A DNA stretch of 64,000 nucleotides from Pocillopora damicornis (lineage: Eukaryota), in assembly GCF_003704095.1 (NCBI RefSeq), contig NW_020844266.1:124001-188000 (forward strand), given 5' to 3'. The notes beneath the pieces were generated by a model. It made no database searches. It had not been told where the DNA came from and was given only the letters and a program-made list of their open reading frames with translations. Within the stretch, counting starts at the first letter, position 1; every line of letters begins with the position of its first letter. Of this stretch, positions 1-13,200 are shown one piece after another. The position numbers and the translations under genes were made by a program.

Positions 1-13
1 CTGGTCTACGTAC

Positions 14-1649
14 CAAAACGTCTTCCTTTGCCACTCGACGAAGGCAGTTCTTTACTTTCATTGGATTCCCGTGATGTTTCTCTTCCGCTCCCGTGAGGAT
101 CTTGTTTCTTTTCGTCAAAATTGCCACCTTCAATATTCATACCAAACAATTAAGCCCATACTCGACACACTTCCGACTAAGCCGTTTTAAAATTTATACA
201 CAGCCGATGCATTTGTTAGCAGGTTATCCAAACGCTTGTAAATAGAAACAAACAGAGGAAATTGAATGCACGGCTATGTTTCATATTATTGCAGGTTATG
301 GGAAGGAAGATCGGAACAGATTAATAGTTCAATAAACTGAGTTCCTAAATAGTAACTTGTTCCAAACAGTTTTTACCAGTTTAGGAGGCGTTAGTATTTT
401 CCATTTTGAGAAATACTGAAATACTGAAGTCGTAGCACTGTGTTAAAGCAATGTTTTAGTGCCTAAGTAAACAGCCACGATACTTTCCGGTGATGTTATT
501 TTTTTCAATAAAGCAATAGTTGTTGAGTTTGTTACTGGTACGATTTCCGACCAAAATGTTTATCAGGCAATCACTCAACATACCTGCTGAGATGTTACCA
601 GATTTTGGTGCGGAATCTGGAGATTTTTTTTCTACCTTGGTATCCTTTCCGGTTCCTCTTATGTCAGTTGGTAACGATGCTCCTCCATCTGAAAAACAGC
701 AAGTTATTTTCTCATTTCTTTTTCTTTTTAATCTTAACGCTGAAAGCATTACTACTGTAGAATTGTGTGGTGTCTTCAATTTGTATCTACAAATGTTTAA
801 AAATTAGTTTATATGAACTCTGAGCTCTACCAACCTGAAATGGGTTTTCTTTTCTCATTTGAATGCCCTTGTGTCTTGCCCTTTGTAAATGTCTGTGGCT
901 TCCTTCTTCTGTGGTCCTTACGCTCTTTATTCTGTTTTGTGGAACTGTCATCTTAACATGAAAGAGTGGTCATGCAAGGAAGAGTTAAACACTTCTGTAG
1001 TAACATGCATGTAACATTACCTCTTTTCCTTACTACCCTTTCCTTCCTCGCTCCTTATCGTTGGACATCTCCCTCCCTTTTAACGTCTTTCCTTTCGCTC
1101 TCTTGATCATTGTGCCTTCACCTCCCTCTCTTTTCCTGCGGTATCTCATATTCAAAGTAACTAGGCTACCTCGAAACCTCCCCGATCATTTTCCTTCAGT
1201 TGACTTGTCTATCCCTTCTTTAACTTTCCACGTCTCTCATTTCCCTACCTTGGATACTGGGTCTATTTTGCGTCTCATCAGCAGCTGTCCCGCAAGCGCC
1301 CTGTGCTGGTGACATTTCAGTTTCCCTATTTCCTTGCCTTTTTCCCTGACTTTTTTCCTGCTTTGGATTTGACGTTTGCATGGAATCTTTATTGGCTTAA
1401 AACAGAGATTGAGAGACTAATTGAGTGCAAAACGGTTCCTTAAAAAAATTATTTATTTTCGCCATTTTATGTTAGGCTTCTTTGGATTAACTCGGATGGT
1501 CTAATATTAATTTTTAGTTCTGTGGTCATTGCCACAGCAGTTATCTCGTCAACGTTTTAATTTGAAATAACTGTTTTGTTACCTTTTGAGATTCCCCCAG
1601 GTTCTTTCAGGTTCTTGGGTTTTACTCCTCGTCGTTTCTGTGAAGGCAT
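14..1649 (-). CDS. ZNFX1: ZNFX1-like paralog Z, 5' coding exons only (main exon lies left of the window)
   Basis: Five GT-AG-bounded minus-strand exons: 1583-1649 (MPSQKRRG...ISKG), 1249-1395 (contains QGACGTAADE), 835-951 (117 nt), 584-688, 14-127 (ends KGRRFG). Order, phase-1 introns, the 117-nt exon and the GACGxxAD motif match the 5' exons of A, B and C. The helicase itself is not visible here, so identity rests on this homology. Confidence 0.75.
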
Positions 1650-2926
1650 CCTGAGTTCTCGCAGAAAGCTGAGAATGAAAATTCAAGGAAAGAAATCGTA
1701 TCAGTTGACAAACTTAGTGTTTGTCCAGTCATGATGCACAACATATGCTTTCTGGACAATGTCGATTTGGTTATAGAAATCTATTGTTCCCAGAATTGAA
1801 CATACGAGTTTCACGTACAAGGTGAAGCTTGATGTCGCACTTAAAAATCTCAAATAGCATCTTAAGAAACCACAGCAAGGTTCCTGGAGTAAAACGATTA
1901 ATTCTCTTTAAAAGGCCTGAATTCATATCTCCTATAATATGGTGTGAGCCCATCATTGCCACATGGAAAGTTCGGTCGCTTTCCACCTTCGCTCTCAAAT
2001 ATCCACAACTTCATTTCAAAGAACCGTGCACCTTCTATTGCTTGCTTGTTCCTTTAACAGAACCAACGGGTGCATTAAGACTTCTGGAGTCCTCAAGTCC
2101 TCACTTGGTTGCGGAAGGGCTAAAAACTTACTTTAAGTTGGAAAGCTTTTGCCTGATAAGAAACAATCTACCCTAAACAAACCTCCGAATAATAAGTTTC
2201 CGTCTCAAATTAAAGCAATAAGTTTGTTGTTTCGATTTTTCTTCCTCACGAAAACATCGTGTGTTCTCTCGCTGGCCAGAGACGAAAATTCGAATCGGTT
2301 TTCCCGCCTTTCAGGAGGGTATACCAAATCAAATCGCAGACACACTTTCGCTACCTGTCTCGCCTATATACAAATTTGTATTAGCACTGCATTTTATAAC
2401 ATAGACCAGTTTTTCATTGGTTCTGATTGACTAACCTTCAAAGTTTTTGTTCCCCTACGACTTCCAACAAATGCAGAGGCGTTGGTACGAGCATGGTACT
2501 AAAATAGAAATGTGTCACGGTCATCATCGACAGCGGTCACTACTCCTGTCAATAGGAGTACTCGACTCATGGAGTTACCTAAGTTATTTTGATAAGCGCT
2601 TTGAATGTGATAGAAAACTGTCTCAAAATCTGGTTTATTCCGTAATAGAAGAAGGCTGCGTCTGGGTATGCTCTTTAGAAAAACCTTGTTGGTTAAGCAT
2701 GGTATATCAAAACCAGATGGATGGCAGTTTTTGACGAGTGTGTCGGTAGGCTCTCGAATACTTCACCGAATGTGACCAGAATTTTGTTCTAGAGTAAATG
2801 AGTAACCGGATAATAACTTTGAATAGCCACAGTTTACGAAAATCTTATTACATTATTCACCGTACTGGCTTTGATAAAAACCATTTGATAGAAAGATTTT
2901 GACCGAAATCAGAGACTATTAACAAG

Positions 2927-3268
2927 TTAATCATAACCATTACAAATTCCTCAAATATTATTGGTGCATTCACAGCTTTATTTTTCAGTAATCATTTTGT
3001 GCAGTTGTGATCGGACAGTGTTATCGGACAATTGGCTTTAATCGGACACCTGTAGTCGGACAGTTGAAGCAGCCAGTCATACTAAGTCCACTTAGCGAAT
3101 TCACCAATTACAGACATGATCAAAATAACCATAGCAACAACCACTTGTCCATAGAAAAACTGGGGAATTTAAAAAATGTAGGAATTTTGAACCAAAGACA
3201 TTTTCTCCACTGGAGATATTTTTTCTAAGTGTATTTGTTTTTTTGGAAATTGAAATGGTTATGATTAA
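2927..3268. mobile_element. MITE with 24-bp imperfect terminal inverted repeats
   Basis: ttaatcataaccattacaaattcc (2927-2950) pairs with ggaaattgaaatggttatgattaa (3245-3268); internal atcggaca repeats. Confidence 0.7.
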
Positions 3269-3269
3269 T

Positions 3270-3418
3270 TGGTAACAGGACTTCTTGTCGTCCAGTTCTG
3301 TCTGTAGTCAAACTCGTGATTGACAAATAGGACTCCCGCTTCGCGGTAGTCCGATTTTGTTAATCACTCGTATGATTACAGACCGAATTAGACTCCACTC
3401 GGTCCTATTACTATTAAT
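3270..3418. repeat. Imperfect palindromic repeat abutting the MITE
   Basis: Arms aacaggac...tctgtagtca..tcgtgatt and aatcactcgtatgattacaga...gtcctatt fold back around ggactcccgcttcgcggtagtcc. Confidence 0.65.
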
Positions 3419-6400
3419 TATCTCATCATAGTCATAAGCAATGATAAGTGAATTGTCACTTAAATTTTATTTAATTCGATTAAATTGCTAAGAAGAGTTG
3501 TTTCTTAGAGGTATGTCGAAATAGAAACCCTTTGTTTTATCAATTATATTTAGACATTCCCTTTGGCTAAATGCATAATCAATGATTAGAAACATACAAT
3601 TGCTGGGGAAGAGAGTAGCAGTTTAAAACGTTTTTCACCCATCTCCTCATTTTATAACAATTGCATGTGACTAAATGAAAATAGATACATGTAAGAATTT
3701 TATTGCATGTAATCTAAATTAATTTTCAGCACCGCAACCCAGTCTGAAAATTTCACACCTCTCTCCATTACATTCTGTTAGTCCGTCGCTTGCGGAGGAA
3801 AAATATTTACTCAAGCGTCGAAAATTTATTATCATTGTTATTTTTCACAGCTTTTCAACGGTCGATCTTAAGATCTAAAGATAACGACTTTGGTTTCTTG
3901 CCGCCTTCCATTTTATCAATTCTCCCCAGAGTCTCTTTATCTCCGCCGTTGAACAACTAAATTTATGTTACATATCAACCAGTGTAGAGTGTCACTGAAT
4001 AATAATCAGTGTGGGTCAGATTTCCAGACGAACGATCGAGATATGCTTTGGCTTGTCGAAACTAATACGTCGGTAATACGTTGTTGTTCGAGAAAGGTTA
4101 ATAACGCCCTTCATCGATTTGAGTTTTATTTCGTCTTTAGATATGAAAGCGATCTTCGTAGTACTTCATCTCTCGAAAAACATGAGTCTAAATATTCCCT
4201 TTTCTTACTAAATATATCCTTTTGTCATTGTCTATAGTTCAAGTTTGTTTTCAATTTAGCAATTCCGAAAACCATTGACGCACTAACACGGCGGCTTTGA
4301 TATTGTTTGAAGACATTGCTGTACGTTCAGCTTTTCTTTTTTCAAACGTTTCCAGTCTAAGGTATCCACTGAGAAGCTATCATAGAGATTCTCTTTTGTT
4401 TCCATCGCATCTTGTCGGCGTTACACGTCTGACAGGCGTGATCGTCAAAACGATGGAACTTAACTGTGGACAATTTTATGAAATCCTTGGTTTTTTCAAT
4501 TTATGCATATGTAAAAATTTGTCGTAGTCTTAAATAACCGGCCCCTTAAAGTTCAGCGAATCGTCCTCTGTATTTCGCTTGAATAACAACTAATTAGATC
4601 AGCACAACTTCGGCTAGCGAAGGAACAAGGAAAAAGATGAATAAAAACATTTCCTCACCCGTTCTCACCGTCAAGACATCACAAGGAAGAGTGGATACCG
4701 ACACTCGCTTACAACACAAAATACTATTAACTGAGTGAACGTCCAGGGAAGATAACGAAATAAAACCTAGTCGCTTCGGTGGACAAGTATTTTCAGGCAG
4801 TAACTTGATACTGAGTTACTATCAAATTTAGATTCTTGGAGACAATGTTTGTAGGGATAAACGTTTTTTTTTTTTTTTTTCTCAGAAAAAGGAGTCAAGT
4901 AAAATTGGATTGGATGGTGGAAAACGGAAAGCGGAGCTAACTATACCATCAAGTTTTCAAAACGAGATACATGGAAGAGGTGATTTTGTCCCTGAAAACT
5001 TTTTATGTGCATTTTGATGTCGACTTGCCCCGCAATAAATAGTTCTATTTAAGACTTTTCTATTGAAGATCAAAATTGCCTGTTTTCTCCGCAGATTCTG
5101 CTTAAGAACTTGTTATACTTTCATTGGTGTTCTGATCTTGCCAGGGTTCATTTACGTTCAACTGGTGTAAGTCATGGTTTGATATGCTTCTCTCGTCAAC
5201 ACATCTTTTTCTGATCTTTTAACAGAAACGTTTAATTCTTCACTGGTCTTAGCGACTTATTTCAGAAGATGTAAGAGTTAAAGGTAGGAGTCAAACGCCA
5301 TATTTTTTTATTTCACAAGAGGTTCTGGTTGGGTAAATGCAAGGGTGTGTTTCTTGTAACAATTTGGTGGTATTCACTCTTCTGGTTCTTCTTTCGTGGT
5401 TTGGTTTTCTCCCACTTGTAGAAAATTTCAAACGTCACTGTCTGTTAGCGATAAGAATCTTTCAGTAGTTTCAGCAGCCATATTCCGAGAACATTTCGGC
5501 GAACAACCTTGGATTGAGAATGGTGAACGCCTTGCCATTCATTCATCAACCTGACAGAGTGACGCGAAAGGCGAGTGACGTGTCCGCAGCTGACTGGCGA
5601 TATCGAAGACACGTAAAAAATGTCGTATTTTGACTCGTGTTCAGTATGGCCTTTTTCAGGGCTGGAAATCCTTGAGAAACAGCGCAGTTCATATAATAAA
5701 TACACATTCTGTTTCCCTACCGGTTATATTTAAGGATTAAAGCAATATGAGAAATCTGATATTAATTTTAATCGTTTATGTTTGTAGTCAACATGGCTCT
5801 ACATGTATTTTTTGGAGGAAAGGCGTAATTGTACAGTAGCATTGGTCTTAAAATTCTATACGGAACTGTTCTACTCCGAGGAGTCGGCATCGTCTTCCAT
5901 CCGCTACATCACTGTATGTTCCTTTTCACAATGCAACTTCAACCCCAGAATTTTAACTTAGTATGTTACATATGTTGGTTGAAAACAAACTAAAGCATAT
6001 GTCATTACCGATGAAAGGTTACTTCTTATAAGTTAAATAAGTTTACAGGTAGTGTATTTTTGTGCCATTGGCCTTGTCTAAAATTGTAATTTTCATTATT
6101 GAAGGAATTTTTCATAGAAATCCTCCGCTTTTTTAGAAGCATATTTGATGATTTCTGGTTTACTTTATCATTTCGATTTCTCTTAAAAGACACACCAAAT
6201 TTCCTATCCTTCAAGTACACTGCATTAAAAGTAAGCTTTACAAAATAAGCGAAAATGTTGGCAGGATCAACAAACACTGGGCACTTTCGCGCATTAGCTG
6301 CCATTCATGCAGACTACTGTAACCCATTTTATACATTATCAAACAAATAAATGATTTCGCTGAAAATGTGACATAACCTTCCAGCCAACTTGATGTGTGC

Positions 6401-7244
6401 TTTACTTTTTTTTCAAGTATTGATATCTAAATCTTGCCTGATGAAAAGCTACGTTTTAATTAATACTCTAATAGATTAATATCCCGAGATAAATCTGGTA
6501 AACTAACTCGCTAAGTTATTTAAGCACTATTTATTATTCAGTTTTACGCCGGTCACCATATCATTTGTTCGCTCTAAGATCATGTACTTTCTCATTGTGT
6601 ATAAGTAGTACGTCTGCGAAAGGACGAGTTCTTGGTGCGATGTCGTATAAGGCCGGCCTTAATTGCTACAGTGCGCACAACCAATGTTTTACAGAAATTG
6701 AAGCAGGTATAATAAGTTTCTTTTCTGATCCATTCACGCGTAAGTTATTAGATATTCTGAACTGTTCTCTGGTGCAATCTTCCACGTCTTTTATAATAAC
6801 TCGCAAGCACTTAATATAGCTCTTTCCGCGGCATATTGAGACCTATAGAGATGATAAAGTTCTTTGGTTCCTCGAAGGGGTCTATGGTTGTAGATAGCCA
6901 GACGCTTTGATTCCGTGAAAATCCTTATAGGCGAGCATAAGTAAGGACTCTCCAATGTTTTAAAGGACCTGTAGGAATAGAAGTAGCTACGTCAATAAAG
7001 GATGCAGCTTCTACTGCATTTTAGGGCATCACATTCTAGCTAGATGGCGATAGATGTTTTCCGAAAAATTTAAAAACATATTCTTACTACAGTTAAATAT
7101 TATTGCTCGTAAATTTCAAAAAAAAAAATGAAATGGTACTTCGTATAAGCTTAAATTTTGATACAACCAACGTTAATTCGACGGGTATTAGATTAATTCA
7201 GCGCTGATTCCTTCCTCGTTTCTGTTTAACTCACCCTATTCATT

Positions 7245-10200
7245 TTATACAGTTTCACTTTTTGTACATCTTCTGCATCCTTCGCTTCCGGTCAGTATAT
7301 CTTCGCCTCCTCGCACAATCCATGTCATGTAGTAAACGTGGCCTTGTCCACATAATTTCCAAATGTCACTTTGGTATCCAGGGAAATTCGAGAAGACTTT
7401 TACTTCCTCAGGCCGTAAAGGTGCAAGTTTTACCTCTGCACGGAGCACTTCAACGATCCTTTCCAGTCGTTCAAGATCTAAAGCACCATCATCATCCTGG
7501 ATGAACCCCGTAAACCCATTGCACGCCAACTTTAATCTATATTCACCAATACTTGACAGAGCGATTTTCTTCTGTACAGCAGTGTTATGGACCTCTAAAA
7601 CACTAGAAAATAGGAAGAACTTCCTCGCTTGCTCATACACTTGACTTAGTGATTTAAGATCCAGTTGCGGCTCCTCAAGGTACTCTTTGATATCTTCCAA
7701 TGCGTCTTCCAATGTGGCTTTAGATAAATCCCCCATCTTATGTTGGTCTTTGAAGCCAACTTGAATTCTTTTTAGCACTTGTTCTGCTCTCGTTACCTGC
7801 TGAAGGATGATCAGATGATTTCTAAACGTCGATTTAAGGACGCTACTCTCATTTGCATCTGGCAGATTGAAAGGATTCCAAGTCCATCGAACTACCTGAA
7901 CGTAGTCTAATTCTGTTGGCGGGACCCTCTTCCTCTTCTTCTTTACAGCATGCTTTGGCTGCTCAATATTTAGATCTTTTGCTAGCTGTATGGCTGAGTT
8001 AGTTACTTCATTTTCGACCTGTTGAAGTTGTCTTTTGACATCTTCTATATTAGCCAGTGCTCTTTTGATGATATTGCCATAGCGATAGCTAAATGTTATT
8101 GATGTAGTGCACTTCGGACATCGCAAGAGGCGTACATCATTACCCAACTCAAGCGACACCCACGCATCCATTTCATCGACCTTTATAATATGACCACAGT
8201 CAAACAACTGTAAGCATCTGGGGACTTCCATTTTCTTACCATGTCCATCGCCAAATAGGGAAGAAAGCTTTTTGGAGTGGCAAATGCTGCATAAGCTGGG
8301 ACAATTTTCTCCACATAGCCCAATACACGGATGACGGCATTGAAGCTTCTTGGTACAAGGAGCATCACAGCGAGGTCGGTCGCATTCCTCACCACAGAGA
8401 TTGTTGCATTGATAATGAGGACAACTCCAGGTGCACGGTTTTTTACACGGTTCGCACGGTTTAGAGCATTTTTTTGACCACTTTCCATGAGGGCACCATC
8501 GGTTGCATTTCCTGTCACATGGAGGACAAGGCTCGCTACACATGGCCTTGCAACGATGCAGACATACGAGTAATTTGCCGCATGTATATTGGCACAATTC
8601 ATGTGAGCCTCTCGGTTGACAATCTTTACACGCTCCAGAACATTGGTGACCACAGGGTAACGTTTTCCCACACGGAACGGGGCATTCAACGGCATCAGCA
8701 GTTCGGCTGCAAAGCATCCTGATTTTATGGCCGCATGCAAGGGTCTTATTTACGGCTACATCACAAGGATACTTGGAGCAGTTGTCACCACACACTCCCT
8801 TACACAAATGTTTGCATGTACTCTTTCGACGCCGACAGGGTTTCATGCAAGTTGCACTTTCACTCTGGTAACACTGAAGTGGCTCCTTATGACCACAAGG
8901 AAATGATTTTTCTACTCTTCGGATGCACTTCATACTGCCACAGTCTTGACCGCATAGCCCTGGACACGGATGACCACAAACAAGAGTTCTGTCGCATCGT
9001 TTCTCGCATTTTGCAGCCTTAGGGTCCTCACTACAAGCCATTTCCTTGGAGTGGTTTCCTGCGCAATTGAGGTGCTTAAACATCATTACTGAACACTTGA
9101 AGTTATTGCAGTCTTCAAAGCATTTACCAGGGCATCTGTGTCCACAGGACAACGTAAGCGTGCAGCTACTCGAACAAATACTCTGTGACACATCTTCTGA
9201 ACAACGGAAAGTTTTCCAGTGTTTTCCGCAGGCTAATTTCTTTTCAATTTTGACAGCGCATTTGAAGCTGGAGCAATTCTCGCCACATTTTCCCGGGCAA
9301 GGGTGGTTACATGAAAGATTTTTTCCACAAGGAGCATCACAAAATGCTTTCTCAGTTTGAAACGAGCACTTCATTTGCTTCTCATGGTTGCAAGGTAATT
9401 TCCTCGTCACTATTTCATCACATGGTTCGCCATGTAGTCCACGGCTCACTTTGGCACACACTATCAGTTTCTTATGTAAACAAGGAAGGGTAATTTCAAC
9501 CTCCTTTTGACAGCAATACTCTTCAGGATTTCTGTAACACGGTAGGGTTTCGTTATGTCCGCACGGTAGTTCTCGTTCCACCTTCTCCTTACAGTTGACA
9601 CTTTGCAAGTTACCGGTCGCAACGAAACAGAGAACAGTCTTGGCATGTCCACACGAAAGCTCTACTTTAACTTTCTGCTTGCATTTGTACTCTTCGATAC
9701 CTTTATGACAGGGGAGAGAGACCGTGTGTTTACAGTGCAGTTTTTTCTGAACAATTTCGTTACATAAAATGTTTTCTTTTTCAGTTTTTGCAACATAACA
9801 CTCCAAAGTCTTCTTGTGTCCACACAATAAACGAACCTCGATCTTTTCCCTGCATTTGTACTTTTCCGGGTCCTTGCGACAGGGTAAGGGTACTGCATGA
9901 CCACATGCTAACGTTCTGGTTACAGTTTCCTTGCACGGCCGCGTTTCGCATCTCTTACCACAAATTTCCTGACATGGATGTCCACAGGCTCGTAGTCTTT
10001 CACAAGGTCTTTTACACGTCACTGTGGCTGGTTCTACGTAACAGTAGGTTTCAATACTGTGTTCACATGATGGAATTGTTACATTAACCATTTCCATGCA
10101 ATCGCCACATGGCAAGTTAAAGTGGCAAGGTTTTTTACATGCATGACCACCCTTACAGATCATTTGGCATAAATGTTGGCATCGAACCTCTTGGCACACT

Positions 10201-13200
10201 CGGCCGCAAACAGATGAGCACTTGTGACCGCAGTTCAGCTGCCTTTGACAAGGTGCGTTACAGAAAACTTTTATTGGATTCATATGGCAAGGAGCCATTT
10301 GTTGGTGGCCGCATGGAAGACACTTGGAGACAGCGCTTTCACATTTTTTCGTTCCACAATTCTCGTGACATTTACCTGGACAAATATGTCCACAGTCCAG
10401 TTCCCTTTCACATCTCTCAAAGCACAGCTGAGGGTTTTCTTTATTGCGACATAAAATTATCTTTCGATGCCCACACCTCAATTTAACTCTAATGCTGCTG
10501 TTACATCGACAGTTATCGGTGCATCGCATTGAACATGGGTGGCCACAGTCTAGAACTTTTGGACAGCTAACGTCGCATTTTCTGTGTTCCATGGGGTTTT
10601 TAAAACATGCCATCATCTTTTCGTGCTCACATGGAAGGATTTTCTTGCACTGAACGAGACATTTTTGTGTACATGAAATAGCTCCACATGAATCCGCGCA
10701 TTTGTGGCCACACTGGAGGAGTTTCTCGCATTGGGCTCGACAAAAAAATTTTGACGGGTCAGTAGAGCACGGAACTTGTTGTTCGTGACCACATCTAGGT
10801 ATTGTCTTTGACATAGGCGCAACACATTTTGGACATTCTACATGAGAATGACAGACAAGTCGACACTGATGTCCATTGGAACACGGTTTGGAACATCTTT
10901 TCAAGCACTTGAATTTCTGGTGAAGTGGGTCGCGAACATGACATAGGCTTTCACAGGCATGCCCACAATTAAGGCGGTCTCCACAAATCTCCTTGCATCC
11001 TCCAAGTCTGTTGAAATCTTTTCCCGATTGTACATTGAACACATTGTTGTGCCTCTTGCAAACAAGCTGCAGGTTCTCGCCGATTGAATTTCGCGCTTGA
11101 AGATAATTGCATATATCCCTCCACAGCTTGCACTGTGTTTTCAATAGCTGGAAATTTCCAATACAGTAAAATCCTTCGCGAGCTCTTGACAATGCAACAC
11201 AGATTCTGTTCGACTCACCCAGAAAACCAATTTTGCTTTCTGAATTGCTCCTCACTAGCGAAAGAAGAATGATGTCACTCTCTTCACCTTGAAAATTGTC
11301 AACGGCACACACTCGTATTCCCCCAAATATTCGTCTCGGCATTTTCTCTTGAAGAAGTAACAACTGGCCAGTGTACATGGTGAGAATTGTAATTTGGTTT
11401 GGTTTGTATCCTTGAAGCAGAAGGTAATTGGAGAGTTCTACCAGAAAGTCTGCTTCGTAAGGGTTGGAGTAACTTTGTAAGCCACCCTCTAGGTTCTCAG
11501 GTTGGCGATGATCGATGAAGAAGAGGTTACTTGTTACACCTGTGATATTTTCAAAGTTGTGTACAGATTCGTGGTCAATGATCTCATACTCATAGATTCT
11601 TTTGGTCAGTGCGGCAATCTCTGGGCGCATGCGATGCTGTATACTTAGGCGTTTGCATTCCATGCGGTTCATAACCATTCTTTCGAACAAGGAAATTTCC
11701 AGGTTGTATTTCTGGGCCAGTTCATAGACTGTTGCTTTTGGACGGAGTTGCTTGTGATCTCCAATAAGAATCGTGTGTTTTGTGTTGTGCGAAAGAGACG
11801 TGATGATGTGGGCTTCCATAACCTCGGCTGCTTCTTCGATGATAACAATTTTAGGGGCTACACTCTGAAGCACTGAGTGATACCTTGCTGCACCACTAGT
11901 TGTCATGCCAACAACAGTTGCACGACGTATTACCTCTTCCTCTTCTTGAAATCTGACATCATCTAGCTCGTGGCAAAGTTGTTCGTATTCCCTTTCACAT
12001 CTCTGGATTTCAACTCTAAACCGTTCACGGTAGCTCTCCACCCAGAAAAGATACAATCGAAGTCGTTTAGAGGGCGATAGCAGCCAAATGTCCTTGACAC
12101 TCGTTGCCTCTTCATAAGACATTGTTGCTTCTTTTTCCAGCTTCCCTTTTAAATCTTCAATATTAGCTGTGAGATGAATTTTTTTGTTTTTCTTCTTTTG
12201 CTTCTTTTTCTTCTTCTTTGATGAGGTGTTGTAGTCAGTATCGCCCTCGTCTGGAACATACAACACTTGCTCTTCCTCTAATGCATCTTCAGAGCTCTCA
12301 AGCATTCTTTGCTTCCTCTGGAAACAAACTTTTCCCTTCTTTTTCTTCTTATAAACCACCACCTCCCATCCCTCTTCCTCATGTTTTCCCTCTAGCTCTG
12401 GACCTCTTTCGTCTTCTGATGCCGTCTTGACGGTAAAAGGAAGGAAATCGCCATCTCCGTGTAGACATCTTTGATACTGTATCAAATCAGCTTCCTTTTC
12501 TACTGTGATAGTCTCTTCAAAAACTTCTGAAACTTCACTAACAGTCTCAAAGTCGTTATCCTTTTCAGTTTTAGAGTCTGTTTGAGAACTGGCTTCCAAA
12601 GCAACTGATGCTGTAAGAGTGGTGTCTCGATCTACGAAACTTTCTGGTGCTTCTCTTTTGGCACTTGCGAAGGATGTTTCCTGCAATTCCCTTTGATCAA
12701 GTGGGAGGTTCTTTGTCGATTTAGGATGATGTTTTGATGAATTGGATTGTTCCTCTACTAATAGAAGACGGCTGGATTCGATACCATAGGAGGTTGGCGT
12801 TAATGCAAAGGAAACTTGCCTCTGACCTACACTTGCACCTTCTAGTTCAGTATCATAACCGACTTCATCGGCGATAAATGGGGCTAATGACATCGTAGAA
12901 TCATAGAATATTTCTCGGTCTTCTCCTACATTATGTTTTGGTAAAACAATTCCATTTTGTAGGCTTTCCTCTGTTACCTTTTTTATCTGATTGCAGGAAT
13001 TAATCTGCTCGTTGCTACATAACCAAAGTGCGAAGGTGTTTCCTGCATGTCGGGATTCTCTTGTGGCGTTGTGAGGGAAGATGGCATTGTACAGCTGTTC
13101 CACGTGTCCTGTACTTAACAAGTCTTCTAAGTCGTCCAGACATAACAGTCGATCGTCTGCTTTGGCAAGCAAATCTTTGCAATGGTTCGTCGCCGATACG

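Noticed and set aside
8478-8480. Cys-to-Trp change in one finger of A (HGKWSKKC)
   Set aside because: A single substitution that could be an allele or sequencing error; not evidence of pseudogenisation.
11820-11840. Walker B reads EEAAE rather than DEAxQ
   Set aside because: This is the normal ZNFX1 family signature, not inactivation.
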